Source: Paraspadella gotoi
Lineage: Eukaryota > Animalia > Chaetognatha
Length of the DNA stretch: 64,000 nt
Reading direction: 5' to 3'
Assembly: GCA_051294375.1 (NCBI GenBank)
Contig: JBJCIZ010000239.1
Location: forward strand, 2,245,476-2,309,475
The notes below the pieces were generated by a model that searched no databases, was not told the origin of the DNA, and was given only the letters and a program-made list of their open reading frames with translations. Shown piece by piece: positions 25,140 to 38,588 of the stretch (positions within the stretch are counted from its first letter, which is position 1; each line of letters begins with the position of its first letter). Made by a program: the position numbers and the translations under genes.

Positions 25140-27530
25140 TTTTTAAACGCCCTACTGGAGAGGTGTCGGAATCTTTTCGCGGAGTTGCGCGGAGGCTCAA
25201 TAGAGTCCATGGCAGTTGCGCCAACTAGTTATGTCCGGCGGCGTCGCGGCGGGCGCGAAGGGCCGCCTTCAGCGTCCGATGGAGGCGCTCGACCATCCCA
25301 TTGGATTGGGGGTGGTAGGCGGTCGTTGTTGAAGGATCGAAACCATCTACCGCCGCCACTTGGCGCCACAATTCCGACGTGAATTGGGCGCCGCGATCAG
25401 TGGTGACGACGGAAGGGACGCCAAACCGGGAGACCTAGTTTTGCAAGAAGGCGGCGGCGATGGAGGTGGCGGAGGTGTCTCGGAGTGGCTCCGATTCCGG
25501 CCAGCGGGTAAAGCGGTCGATCATGGTAAGGAGATGGGTGTGACAGGAAACGGCTGGCAATGGTCCGACGAGGTCGATGTGGACATGAGCGAAGCGGAGG
25601 GCCAAACGAAACGCGTCGTCACGAGTTTCTTTGACGCGCGAACTCCCGGGTGAGCGATGCCATGAGTGGCGTCGAAAACGCATTGGCACCATGACGCCGT
25701 AACGAGTGGGCGTGCCCGGGAGCCGGAGATATCGCAAATGAGCATCGTGTTGCTGATCGGGACGTTTTTGAGATGGAGCGCCGTATGGGTGTCGTTGAGG
25801 AGACGCTGGACAGTGGACATTGCTTCAAAATCGACTTGAAGGGCGCCGACGGCGTTGACGGTGGCGGCGATGTCGTCACGCGCTTTTTGCACGTTTGAAG
25901 TTGGATCGGGTTGATTGGCGACACTGATTGTCGAGAATGCGGCGTCTTGTGACGCCGCCCATTTTAGCGTCCGCGGTTTCCGTGGAGGACTTCGAGAAGA
26001 GGGTCGAGATGATGGGCGGCGTGAGGACAAAACGGCGATAGTAGTTGAAAACGCCAAGAAAACGTCGGAGTTCTTTCACGGTGGTGGGCATGGCCATTGC
26101 ACGCAGCTCCTCCACCTTCGTCGGTAGTGGGCGGACGCCATATTTGTCGACATTGTAACCGAGAAATTTGAGGCTGGATGCACCGAAGACGCACTTGGCG
26201 CGATTTACAATGAGTCCGTTGTCGACGATGGCATTGAAGACGCGCTTGAGATCCTCTTGGTGCTCTTCGTGCGAATGAGATGCGACAAGGAGGTCGTCCA
26301 AGTAAACAAAGACGTGAGGGGATCCCACTCAGCACTTGATCCATAATGCGCTGAAAGTCTTGGCCCGCGCTCTTCAGGCCAAACGGCATGAAGAGAAATT
26401 CGGTCTTCCTTGGCGACGGGAATCTGATGATAACCCTTACACAAGTCGATCTTTGAGAAGACGGTTTTTCCGGCGACGTCGGCGTTGAAGTCCATGAGGT
26501 GGCTGATTGGGTAGCGGTCGTCAATGGTGACGCTGTTGAGCCGCCGATAATCGCCGCACGGACAAAGGGAGCCGTAGGGTTTCTGTGTGACGTGGAGCGG
26601 TGACGCCCAAGGTTGAGCGCCGGATAATTCCTAGTTCTAACATCTTTTGAAACTCGGCCTTGGCGGCGGCGAGCTGATCAGGGGCGAGGCGGCGAGCGCG
26701 GGCGAAAACGGGCGGGCCTTTCGTCGGTATATGGTTCTCGACCCCGTGCTTTGGCGGCGCCGAGTTGAAGACTAATTTCGTTAGTTCCGGTCGCTCTTCA
26801 AGAAGGGCGGAGTAGGCGTCGCGCACGTGCAGAACGCGAGTCAGTCATCGAGATCAAGAAGAATACGGCGTTGAGGATCGACGCCGAGATGGTGTTCCAT
26901 CAAAAAATCGGCGCCGAGAATGGGCGTGGCGACGTCGGCGATGATGACGAGGTACAGGAAAACGCGTTTCCCGAGTTGAATCCCCATCTCTCGGATGCAA
27001 AAGTTTTGTTGGGCGTGTTGTTGGCAGCGCGGGGTGGCGGGGCGTTGGCAGCGGCCTACCCCCTCGACGGCGGCGTGGTTCGCTTTAGCGGCGGCGCGGT
27101 CGGCAGCTGAGGCGGAATGAGTGTCGCCTCGGAGCCGCCATCGACGAGGCCACTCCAGGCTGGCATCGGGGTCGCGCACGAGGAAGAGTTTAGAGTCGTT
27201 TAGGCTGGCGACGCGGGCGACTAGCGGCCGCCGGCCTTGGCGTTTGAGGGCTCCATCGGGCATGGTCGACCGTCTCGGTTAGTTTCATGGCATTTGAAGG
27301 CCTTGGAGTCGAAATTGTAGTGGTAGGAACACTTGGTTTCGCCCATAGGCGGTTCGCGGTCTGGAGGGAGTGGGGCGTCAAGATTGGGCGACGTTGCTGC
27401 TGCGTGCGCTGCTGCGGTTGACGCTGCTGCAAAAAGGGGCGCTGCGTTGAGCGCGGCGGCGGTCGGTGGACTGCATTCGCGTAAGAGATAGCAGGATCCG
27501 GATCGTCGACGTCGTTTGATGATTCGTTTA
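25140..27530 (-). pseudogene. Decayed CsRn1-like Gypsy gag-pol remnant with frameshifts and an internal deletion over most of RNase H
   Basis: gag C-x2-H motif (CSYHYNFDSKAFKC), protease LVDGGS..ILGADFL, RT FSKIDL..MPFGLK..YLDD, integrase HVHIDLVGPLP..IDRFTRWP, spread across several frames. Confidence 0.9.
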
Positions 27531-28028
27531 GAAAAAGGGTCATTCAAATCAACTTCAAAATATGCCAAAATGGAGTACATTTGATGCATTCTACGCCATT
27601 TTATATCGGTTTTAATTATATCAAACGAAAAAGCCAATCCATCTGATATTTTTTATGAATTTTTTATTACTGAATTAGAAAATGGAATAGAGAGACACTT
27701 TTAAATTTCAACTTATATCCTTGAAAATGAAACGTTTTTAAACTTTAACCCTGAATTCTTCCTAACTGGAACGCGTTTATCAAAATGTCTCTTTATTAAA
27801 TTTTTACAAATGTTTTTAATATTGCTAATCAAATTTTTAAATCAATGTTATTGTAGTCGTTTAGGCTGCAACTCTTCAAATTCAGTGTAGATTAATTGTA
27901 GCTCGAATTTCTTTACCATCTATTAAACTGAAGATTTTGGTCATGACTGGAAAACCAACAGAGTAACAAGATTAATTGTTTAATTCTCCCCTTCTAAATT
28001 ATCCCATACGTGTTTTAACTTCTTACCT

Positions 28029-28750
28029 TAGGACTAAGCTCTGACGAACAAAGCCCGAGGTTTTTTTTAATATATTCTTATACCGGCCAAGGTAGAATGA
28101 TGGCAATATTGTTAATATTAAGTTTCAAAAAAATCCGATCATAAAAATAGAAAATATTAACCAAAATCTTCGGAAAATCAACCCCTTCTTTGAAAGATTT
28201 TCGCCATAGAAGATTTTTCCCGAATCTGACTCCCAGTTGAAAACTCTTAGAATTCTGGTCGTTAGCTCCTCTTTTACTTTTACTTTAAATAAAAATTTCA
28301 CCAAAATAGACTAATTCACTTTTCCATGATCGTATCATATCAAAATAACCAAATAAAATGTAAAAAAAATTTTAAGAGCCCTTTAGACACTTTGCCAAAG
28401 GATTACAAAATTGGACGTCATTTGTTTAACAGGAATATACCTCAGTCACGTTTATATCGTTTTCAAGGAAAAAAATCCCTTTCATTTCTATATAAAATCA
28501 GAGATAGAAAATTTTTCCGTCCAGAAGCAGTCTATTTGTTCTGGCTTGTTTGATATCAAGATGATGATGATTTGACAAGAGAAAAAAAATGCGAGCCCTT
28601 CAGATACAACAGGATCGGAATCAAGTGTTTTTACATCGATGTTTTACCAGAATTTTTACCAGGAGCGTTTATATTGTTTGGTAGTCAGATTTGAACGAAA
28701 ATCTCCATTGAAAAAGTCTTCCTCGATCTCTAAGGACGACGTAGACTCCT
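28029..28750. repeat. Dispersed repeat with an inverted, diverged copy at ~42485-43207
   Basis: taggactaagctctgacgaa.. through ..ctctaaggacgacgtagactcc is the reverse complement of 42485-43207. Confidence 0.8.
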
Positions 28751-29468
28751 ACTTACCTAGAATTTTTTAACAACCAGATTGAAAAACAAATCTTTAAGAA
28801 ATGTGTTTACCAATTTAACTTAACAATTTTGTTATTTCTCGATTTAAAAAAAATGATTGAAAACAGAATGTTTAGTAAACATTGCTTACATATAAATAAA
28901 AACTTATTTTTTTGTGATTACTGATGACTATAATGTATTTCTCGATATATTAGCTCTAATACATCAATGATTACGTATTGTTATGCTGAATGACCTTTCC
29001 TCTTGAGAGACTCGAGTGGCTCGTCCACTGTAACCAAGATGGAGGTGACGACGTTCACCGAGTTTGAGTTTGTCTTCCGCTGGGTGAGGCAAATCTGTTG
29101 ACGCGGTGCTTGCCTCTGCTGAAGGGGGGTTTGATCTTCCGATGACCGAGGCGAGTTTTGTATTTATCTCGAAAATCATTTGGAAAAGTTTTTCTATTTG
29201 CATTTAGGTAGACGTTGCAGATGTCGAGGCGGCGGCGTCGTGGAACGCGTCGTCTCGGCCGGCCACAGTAGACAGGAAGCACAAAAAGAAACATAGGGCA
29301 AAACAAATGAAAGTGTAGCGGTATATTCACACCGCTTCACGTCAATCATCGTTCAGACTATCCCATTCGTTTTTAATTGTTTGAATTTTAAGGTACTGAA
29401 GAGGCTGGTTTTACAGGGCGCCACACCCGCAGCGGTGTCACCTCGTGGCGACAGCGAGACAGCATGTT

Positions 29469-29547
29469 CATGTAGTCCAGAGCTTTGGATCTGGCAGTAG
29501 GCCCATGCCTACAGGCGGGTTACCCGGTCCATCTCACTTTCTACATG
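29469..29547 (-). ncRNA. P5-type twister ribozyme motif in the TRIM-B 3' LTR
   Basis: catgtag aaa gtga GA tgg accggg T|AA ccc gcc [tgtagg catggg cctact] g ccaga TCCAAAGC tctgg a ctacatg. Confidence 0.75.
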
Positions 29548-29550
29548 ACA

Positions 29551-29614
29551 ACCTCAGGGCTCGAACCAGGGACGCACATTGGGATGGTGCATTAGTCCAC
29601 TGAGCCATTGAGGC
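29551..29614 (-). promoter_or_regulatory. tRNA-derived Pol III cassette in the TRIM-B 3' LTR
   Basis: gcctcaa TGGCTCAGTGG..gcacc atcccaa tgtgc..GGTTCGAGCCC tgaggt: A box, B box and acceptor-like stem. Confidence 0.8.
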
Positions 29615-30582
29615 GCTGCGAAAGAAACAGCTTTAATCCATCTGTGGTGATAGGACTACCAGACAGCCGCCCCCAGGACTCTCACATATGAGAGTATGAA
29701 GTAGGGGATGAAGCACATGTCAATCTGCTGAACCTCTCTTCATTCTGGTGGCCTTGCTTTGAGTGGCAGCTGTGTAGCTCAAACCACATCAAGGGCAGAG
29801 GACTATTATCATGCCCGGTTTGCATGTTCGGATCACGTCGGGCTCACCATTGAAGAGGCTGGTTTTACAGGGCGCCACACCCGCAGCGGTGTCACCTCGT
29901 GTTACCCGGTCCATCCCACTTTCTACATGACAACCTCAGGGCTTGAACCAGGGACGCACATTGGGATGGTGCATTAGTCCACTGAGGCGCTGCGAAAGAA
30001 ACAGCTTTAATCCATCTGTGGTGATAGGACCACCAGAGTACAATTTTTAAATTCTCGCACTAGCAAAGTATCTATAGACAGAGTAACTCTGGAGACTGGC
30101 TATTCTGATCGAAAAAGTTAAAAGCACTCATGTTATCATAACAGTTATGAATAATGAAACTAAATTTACAAATTTTTACTTTAAAGATATGATTTTCAGC
30201 TTATAAATAGTTTTCCGTTGCAAAACGTATTATTTTTTTAAATCTTAAAAATACTTAGATATCATAAATTTTTCACATTTAAACTAAAGATAATCAAAGC
30301 CAAAAAAGCGGCTGTCGATCCATCGACATGAGACAAAAGGCGACGTCGATAAGGATTTCCATGAGTCTTTTCTCGGCTCGAGTCTCCAACGCGTCCAGTG
30401 CCGTCGCGTGAAGCAAGACGCGGTCGTCGAGGAGGCAGCAACGAACAGTGCTGGCGCGGAGGGGGGCATGGAAGAGGCCGTATTTGTTGACGAGAGCGAT
30501 AGCTGGGGGGAAAATAAAAGGGAGGAGAGACGCGGAACGACGAGAGAAAATAAATATCCGCCTGTTAACTTAACAATACTAT

Positions 30583-30626
30583 TGAAGAGACAGTGATAAT
30601 TGTTATGTGTTAGTGACAGAACCGTT
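30583..30626 (-). mobile_element. TRIM-A LTR 3'-end fragment
   Basis: tgaagagacagtgataattgttatgtgttagtgacagaaccgtt matches the LTR terminus. Confidence 0.75.
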
Positions 30627-31222
30627 AAAAAAAATATATATATAATACTCACTATAGAAAATATCAAAATTTTAAAAAGGTTTTTTATTATTTTTGAAAG
30701 CAGATTAGAATTGCTCACTAAAAGTTAATAAATGGAAATATAACTCTTTTTAAAAAATTATTTCACTAAGTGGATCAAAATCCTTATAAACCTACAATTA
30801 AATTTTAGTATAAAAATATATTTTTTAAAATTTTTAGCTAACTTAATGAAAGAATTTTTGATTAAGACTTATATTTTCTTATAATTATAGTTATATAGTT
30901 ATATAGTTATATCAACTTTTTATGAAGAATACGAATCGTCTTTCAAAACTAAGAAAAAACTATTTTAAAATTTTGACATTTTCTATGGTGAGTACTAGAG
31001 TGATGTGAAAATAATAAAATTTTAGAAAAATAAAATTTATCATATAAAACATGAACATAAAAATCTATAAAAATACTTTGGTAAATTTATCTTTTAATTT
31101 TATACATTAGTGGGCACCAGTGAGCTATATTTATATATAATAATAAGTATATATTAGGCTAAAATTGTAAATTGCAAATTTTTAAATTTTAAGATCGGAT
31201 TTGGATTTTTTTTTTTGAAATT

Positions 31223-31448
31223 TATGGTGGACTAAAATCCACCAACAGTTCATCAGCGGCAATTGGTGGCGGAGGCAAGTCATTCACCTCCCAACCCAAA
31301 GGTCTGGGGTTTTAGCCCGGTGGTCGTTAAGAGGGATGGGGCGCTTAACTCGCCTGTAACACGGTGTTACAGCCTGATCCGAAGCTCAGGGACTGCTTAT
31401 ATTGAACGGTTCTGTCACATTAACATAACAATTATCACTGTCTCTTCA
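31223..31448 (+). mobile_element. TRIM-A solo LTR
   Basis: tatggtgg..tctcttca with TSD AATT on both sides; 8-bp deletion in the P5 5' arm. Confidence 0.9.
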
Positions 31449-31574
31449 AATTCTTTTATTAAGTTAGTCAAAAATGTTAAAAACTATATTTAAGACGCTG
31501 ATTTTTAATTTCCAGCTTAAAAATATTTTTTTTGTAATTTTAACCTACTTAATAACATAATTTTTGAAAAAGAT

Positions 31575-32221
31575 TGAAGAGACCGTAATTATTGATATGT
31601 GTTAATGACAGAACCGTTCAATATAAGCAGTCCCTGAGCTCCGGATCAGGCTGTAACACCGAGTTACAGGCGGGTTAAGCGCCCCGTCCCTCTTAACTGC
31701 CAGGCGACCACCGGGCTAGAACCCCGGACCTTTGGGTTGGGAGGCGAATGACTTGCCTGCTGATGAATGGTTGGTGGATTTTAGTTCACCATACATCCCC
31801 ATAAGGAGAAGCTGTTGGCGTCTCTTCAGTGATATTGGTTGTTGTTGGTTAGATAAGTGCGTCGTCACCAAGTATTGAGGCCATGTCGCCTGATGTGTGA
31901 TGGATGCAAGAAGGTGGCATTGGGCCAGTTGAGGCTGTTCGCCCCTGAAGTGTTGTTGTTGCTGTTGTGTTCGGAAGTCGGGCTCACCAATGAAGAGACG
32001 TTAATTATTGATATGTGTATATACAGAACCATTCAATATAAGCAGTCCCTGAGCTTCGGATCAGGCTGTAACACCGAGTTACAGGCGGTAGTAAGCGTCC
32101 GTCCCTCTTAACTGCAGGCGACCCGGGCTAGAACCCCAGACCTTTGGGTTGGGGAGCGAATGATTGCCTCCGCACCAATGGCGCTGTGATGAATGACGGT
32201 TGGTGGATTTTAGCCACCATA
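31575..32221 (-). mobile_element. Full-length TRIM family A (LTR-internal-LTR)
   Basis: TSD AGAT at 31571-31574 and 32222-32225; PBS gtcgggctcacca (plus strand) at 31977-31989; two LTRs. Confidence 0.9.
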
Positions 32222-34007
32222 AGATTTTTATATTTTCTTTTATATGAGGAATCTGAATCTGTTTTCAGAATATTAAAAAAAATCATTTTGTAATTTTGAT
32301 ATTAATATAGGAGGTATCACTATATTAACAAAATAGTGACTGGACTATATTTGTAAAAAAAAAACTATAGATTAGATATTCACTAATATCTGATAGTTTT
32401 GCAAGATATACTGTCTAAATTTTTGAATCAAAAACTTTCTCTTTACCGAAGTAAGTACTCGATGTAATTATGGACTGCTAATGCAAAATTTTGTTCTGTC
32501 AACTATTCACTACGCACATTAATTGATAATGTATAAAGCAGCAGCTTTGTCGCTACCGTTCTTGTCAAATATTCAGTCAAAGAAGGAATTTTTTTACCTA
32601 ACGGCGAATGCCCTTCTCTTTCCTCCTCGATCCTACTACCTGATAGGGAATGCTGTTTTGAGATGAAACCGAGGGCTCAACGATATCGTCGTCATCTTTC
32701 ACTCGTCTTCTGTCATGTGGCGGGCGATCTCTCGTTTGGCGCAGGATATCCCTACGGTCGTACGTCGTCGTTAGCAAGCGTGACGTCAAACCCCGGAAGA
32801 CTATCTGTGCCACTTGACGAGGAGAGATCCGCTAGAACGCCGTTATCGTGTATGCATCGGTGAGACATTAGGTTCAGAATTTGCTGACCGCTCTTGTCTT
32901 TAATAATAATTTTAAATTAACTTTCAAGATTAAAGGTTAATTATACCGAAAAATCTTTAAGCAAAAATAAGTAAAGAAGAAGAAAAAAAACAAAAGAGAG
33001 TAGAGAAGAGAGGGAACCACTTTGAACGCCCTTACTTAGCAAAAAGAACGGCAAAGTCAAAAAACGTGACCAGAACAGAGGAGAGGAGAGACGAGATGAG
33101 AGGAGAGAGAGAAGAAGGATGAGTGAGAGGAGGAGAGAGAGAGAGAGATTATGAGAGGGTAAGGGCGCGAACTCAAAACCCGATGGCGTTAAAGGCTCTC
33201 CGGGCGGGGAGTTTGGCAGGAGAGGCAAAGGGGAAAGAGAAAGAACTATATTCGTAAGAAAAAAAAGGGAGGAGAGAGAAACCCCGAAAAAGCGAAATAG
33301 AAACTCGGGGAAAAAGGTTAGACGGCCAGACGAATGGACGAACGAAACAAGTGATAAACTGCTCCCACCACTCGAAAGATGAAAGGGGTGAGTGAAAGGT
33401 AGAGAAACAAGAACGGCGATTCAAATGTGTTGCGCCTCAGTGACTTTTTTTTCACATGTATTTCCCTTTGATCACATGATATGACATGACATGACTAAAA
33501 AAACTTTTTAGCCCATGTATTTATGAAATGCACTTCATCGAAATTCCGTCTTTTATTCCTGATAGTTTTAAGATTTCCTAAAGGCAGCACTAGCAATCAC
33601 TTAGATTTGAGGTTTTGTCCTGTCTTATGTGAAGTGAGGATCGGAACCTTGAGACTAACTAATACAAAATCATCGTGGAAAGAGTAGTCTTCCCCATAGC
33701 AGGATTCTTCATGCATTCAATGCGGGAGATGCTTAAAGAGGCGATATCATGCGACTGCAAAAGGGGGAACAAACAAAGCAATGAAGACTCCAAAGAAAAT
33801 CAATTAGAGATGGTGGGTCCGCTGTGGACCGAAGGAGAGAAAGTATCTAAGAATTACAACGAATTTTTAGGAGTTCGATCGAATGGGACAGAACCAAACC
33901 GGAACGAGGATCAACAGATGAATCAACCGAATACGATGGAGGCACAAGAGACTCCGGGAGAACAAGTCTCGATCACTCAATCAACGGAGACAACTCCTTC
34001 AAGGGTA

Positions 34008-36401
34008 CATGGTGACAATTTTATAAGCGCCGGTAAAAAAACGCGGTCATTTGCAAACCTGTGGTTATTTCATTGATTTTAAAAAATAATTAAGTTGAAA
34101 ATATTAAAGTAATTTATATGTTCAAATTTTATATTGATCAGTTAAGATATGCATTGACAGTGAGTGGAGAAAGTTGGCTTGTATTGGTTTTCATTTTCCA
34201 ACTCACTTTTTTTACATTCAATTTTTTCTCTTACTTTCAGTAAGTTTTCTGAAAAAATTTAAAATAAATAATATTAATTAGAGATGCGCATCGTTCGAAT
34301 CGAAGCTCCGATCAAGATTCTTTTATATTTCACTTCTATTCAAAACTGCATAGTCAAGGCCAAAACAAATTATGTCATATGGGCAGATTTCGAAAGCTTG
34401 GGTCTTGGAAGCCAATGAAGGTAGAGCGCGATCGAAATTCCCATTTATCATGCCAAAAAATGGTATTTAAATGGATTGGTCAGGCCGTTTTTTCCTATTC
34501 CAAGAAAACCTCCTGGCTCTTGAGTAAAAAATACCAAATCATAAATATCAGTACAGTTTCCGAAACCTTTTTGTCTTCTCTACATGATGAAAAAAAGCAA
34601 AATTAAAAATTCTTGCAATCTTAATTGCTTGATGAAGGCATCAAATGAACTGGTTTTTTAGGTGAAAACTGCATAGTCAAGCCTTCATTTTTTTCAATTT
34701 TGAACACAATTGACAGAAACTGTATTGATTTTACTATTCAAATCAGGTAGAGCGCGGGCTTAATTCAAAAGCGTTTTCTCAATATAATGCAAAATTTTCA
34801 AAAAGTCCAATAAAAAACTTATTAAAAACAAAAAATCGTCGCACAGTGTTGCTTGTGAGTCCTAAATGCTAGAAAAATAATTTTTAAATTTTTTATATTA
34901 TTATATAATATATAAAAATATTTATATAAATATGAATATAGTATTAAGAATAAATTTTTTTATTAATCCGAGAAAGTGTATTATATATTAAAAAGTATAT
35001 ATATATAAAAATTATATTTTATAATAAAATTATTAATTTTTCCAAACTGCAACAGTTTTTTTTATTATAATATAATTAAAAAATATAAAATTAAAATAAA
35101 ATATAATAATCATATTAAATATAATAAATTTAAAAAAATTTAATTTTTTTATTTTAATAATAATAACAATAATAATAATAATAATAATAAAAATAATAAT
35201 AATAAATAAAATATAAATATTTTATTTTTTAATTTTATTTTTTTAAATTATAATCATTATTTTTATTATTATTATTATTATTATTATTTTATTATTATTA
35301 TATAATGATGTAATAATATATATTTTATTATAAAATAATTTTATTTTATTTATTTAAAATTATACAAAATTATTTTTTAATTATTTTAATATTAAAATAA
35401 ATTTTTAAAATATTATTTTATAATTAATATATATAAAAATATTTTTAACTGAACGGGATTTTTCTGAAAAATTCAGGCGGGATCTCACTGTGCGCCGGTT
35501 CTAAAGCTTAGTACTACGCATAGTACTAATCTTTGTTGGATCAAAACGAGCTCGATATTAAGCGAAAGTTGATCGTTTGAAGAGCGATTTTTGCGATTGC
35601 TTTTCGGCGATTAGTTTTGAACAGATTGTTGGATTATGATGAAATTATGCATGTAGAATATGTTTACAATTGTCTATCGAACGCTACCAAATTTGATATA
35701 AAACAATGAGTTGTTTAGAAACGATGCTCATCCCCAATTAATATTATTATCTTCTGAAAGCCCTTTCAAATCTAAATAAAATGACGTACTTACAAATGCT
35801 GTAGTATAAAATTTAACCGGCCCAGCTTTAATTTAATTAGGATACTCAAAAATCAATAACTGGAGGGTAAATTTAAGATTTTATCAAATAGTGATTGGCT
35901 ATCTTAAATCTTCTTTTTCAGGCTCTTTCATAATACTTATATAAACAATAATATTTTATGTTATAATAATTTAAACCGATCATATATTTTTTTAAAAAAT
36001 TTAAAATGTTATAAAATTCACTTTTGACTCTTTTAATTGAACCAAGGCTTGGCAGCTTAATTTTTATGTTAGAGCTTTCGTAAGTATATCATTCTCTTCA
36101 TTTTTTAAGGGCTTTCTGAGGATAGTAATATTGTTAATATTTTAATAAATACTTTGTTTAAAAAAGTGCTAAAAGTTGAAGAAAAAAAATTTTAAAACAG
36201 TGAGTTGGAAAATGAAACCCGATTTTGTAAGCCAACTTTCTCCACTTATTGTCAAGGCATATCTTAACTGTTCAATATAAATTTTGAACACATAAATTAT
36301 TTTAATATTTTCTACTCTACTAATTTTTAAAATCAATGAAATAACCACTGGTTTGCAAATGACAGCGTTTTTTTACCGGCGCTTGTAAAATTGTCACCAT
36401 G
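34008..36401. mobile_element. Foldback non-autonomous DNA transposon (Tc1/mariner-like TA TSD) with a nested insertion
   Basis: TA-catggtgacaatttt..aaaattgtcaccatg-TA; the inverted repeat runs >200 bp, and 35750-35830 is also inverted relative to 36045-36125. Confidence 0.8.
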
Positions 36402-38588
36402 TATTTAACCTCGAAGAAAGCGAAGCCTCTTGGAGTCAGGGAAACTCATCGTTTGTATCAATTAATGATCAGGAAGACTCCCCGAGGACGACTCTAAGGA
36501 CCTACAAAAGGGCAAGGACGTGAATGGAGGAAGAAGTCATCTCGTCAACCCCAACACCACCGGGATTGAGGAATCCACTGATAAATCCTCTGAGGAAATC
36601 GGACAGATTATCGAGTAGGACGTTTTCAAGCCCAGCGTATTGTACGGCGACAAGAGAAGAATTTCGTTCAATCGAAGCAGTGGCGAGAATAATTTTGAAA
36701 AAAACACAGAAAGCACAGTCAAAGCTAACGACAGAGGACATCAGAGATGGATATTGTCAATGATAAGGGATCGACTATTATTCAGGTGAACACAAATGGG
36801 AACCCAACTAGATTAAGTGAACTTGTTGATTTTATCTATTCTTATAAAAACCTGCCATTGGTTTTAATGAACGATACAAGATGTGTGGATCTTGATTGTA
36901 CTATTTTTAGAGGATATAAAATTCTAGTAAGAGTGCCACTCTCTAGGGGTGCTGGAGGAGTTATCTGTCTCGTCCCGGAAAACTGGGAATTTTATCAAGT
37001 AGATTTAGAAATGAATTCGGAGATCGAATAAAGTTTGTTAATTTAAGAAGCAAAGGCAGAGAAATAAAAGAATTTATAATAGATTTAAATTGCCCTAATG
37101 AACAATGGGGCTCAAGATTTACCAATAGAAATGGAGTCAAACTTTTAGAAGTACTAAATGAATTTAACCTGGGGGTGATAAACGAATACGATGTAAATAC
37201 TTATCAGGGCTTCGATGGAAAATAACTGTGTGAGAAACATGTTGGTAGCGACCACTTAGTTATGGAGATCACATTGAATATGCCTCTCACTAGAACTGAA
37301 AAGATTTTTAAAAGGATAAATTAGGAAAAAATTGGTAAAGAACTAGAAAAAAGGAGGAGAAGTAATAGAACTGTTTAGTCAGGAAGAACTATTATTAATT
37401 GAAAATAAAATCGAGGAGAACTATGGAACTATGGTATAAAAAAATAAGAGAAACATACAGTAACGCATGGGAAAAAGTCGAACATAAACTAAAAGAAAAA
37501 AATTTAATTAAGTTACGAAACAAAGAAATTAATTCGAATACGAAGATTCCTATTAAAAATGAGAAGGAGTAAAAACATTTTGGGAGAGCTTTTGGAAAGT
37601 ATAAAGCAAATTTTAAACAAGGTTATTAGAGAAGTTAGGAGATCAATAAAAAAGATACGGAGGATTACTTTGAACGCAAGGCACGTGAACTAAATCTTAT
37701 TAAGGATTCAAGAAAGAAATGGGATTGTATTAATGAAATGATGAGGAAAGGAAGGGTCCCAACTGATTATTCGAAACTTTGCAATCAACTAGGCATTTTA
37801 TGTGAGAGTAACGAAGAGAGGGCCGAGGCGTTAGCAAAGAAAATGGACGTTTCATATGCATTTCCCTTGAACCCTTTTTTGATGATCAATTTAAAGATGA
37901 GATAAAAGCGAAAGCTGATGATTTTGTTTTTTGACGAGAGTGGGAAATATTTTCGAAAGTCGTAAAACAGCTTAAGTAGAAATCTGCAACATGGCGAAGA
38001 CGGGATTACCCACTCTCAATTAAGAAGGCTGAATCCACAATTCTCTAAAGGATTGTACGCTATTATGAAGTCATCTTTCAAACTAAATTATTTCCCAGTT
38101 AAATGCAGTTATAAATATGATACCCAAAAAGTGGAAACTGCAAAATTCAGTGAAAGGATTTAGATTGATTAGCCTTCTGTGCTGTGTAAGTAAATTATAT
38201 GAACGTTTCATTCGTGACTTTATTTTAAAACATATGGATGTCAAAAATATAACAAAACCAAATTCAGGCAGGCTTCTGTCGAGGACGATCCACTCAAGAA
38301 CACCTGATTAGATTGTCGGAAGACGTTGCGAGAGGCTTTCAAAAGGATAAAATAACAGTCGCAGTTTTCCACGACGTGGAAGTTGCCTTCAATAGAGTCT
38401 GGCATGACGGCTTGATTATGAAGATAGAGGAATTGGGTTTCCCAGGGAGTTTAATACGATTGATAGACTCATATCTTACAAATATATTTGTCACTGTTAA
38501 AATTGGAGATTGTAATTCGAGGAGAATTTATATGTCTTGTGGTTGTCCACAGGGAGGAATCATCTCACCGGATCTCTTTTATATTTAC

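Larger units (their letters stand above)
29397..30037 (-). mobile_element. TRIM family B (641 bp; 5' LTR 30037-29851, 3' LTR 29663-29397)
   Basis: TSD GTAC at 29393-29396 and 30038-30041; LTRs tctgg..cctcttca; PBS TGGTGAGCCCGACGTGATCCGAACATGCA at 29849-29821; G-rich tract plus TG before the 3' LTR. Confidence 0.9.

Noticed and set aside
29425-29460. HDV-like ribozyme suggested by cacctcgtgg
   Set aside because: I could not build the nested double pseudoknot, and it lies on the antisense strand of TRIM-B.
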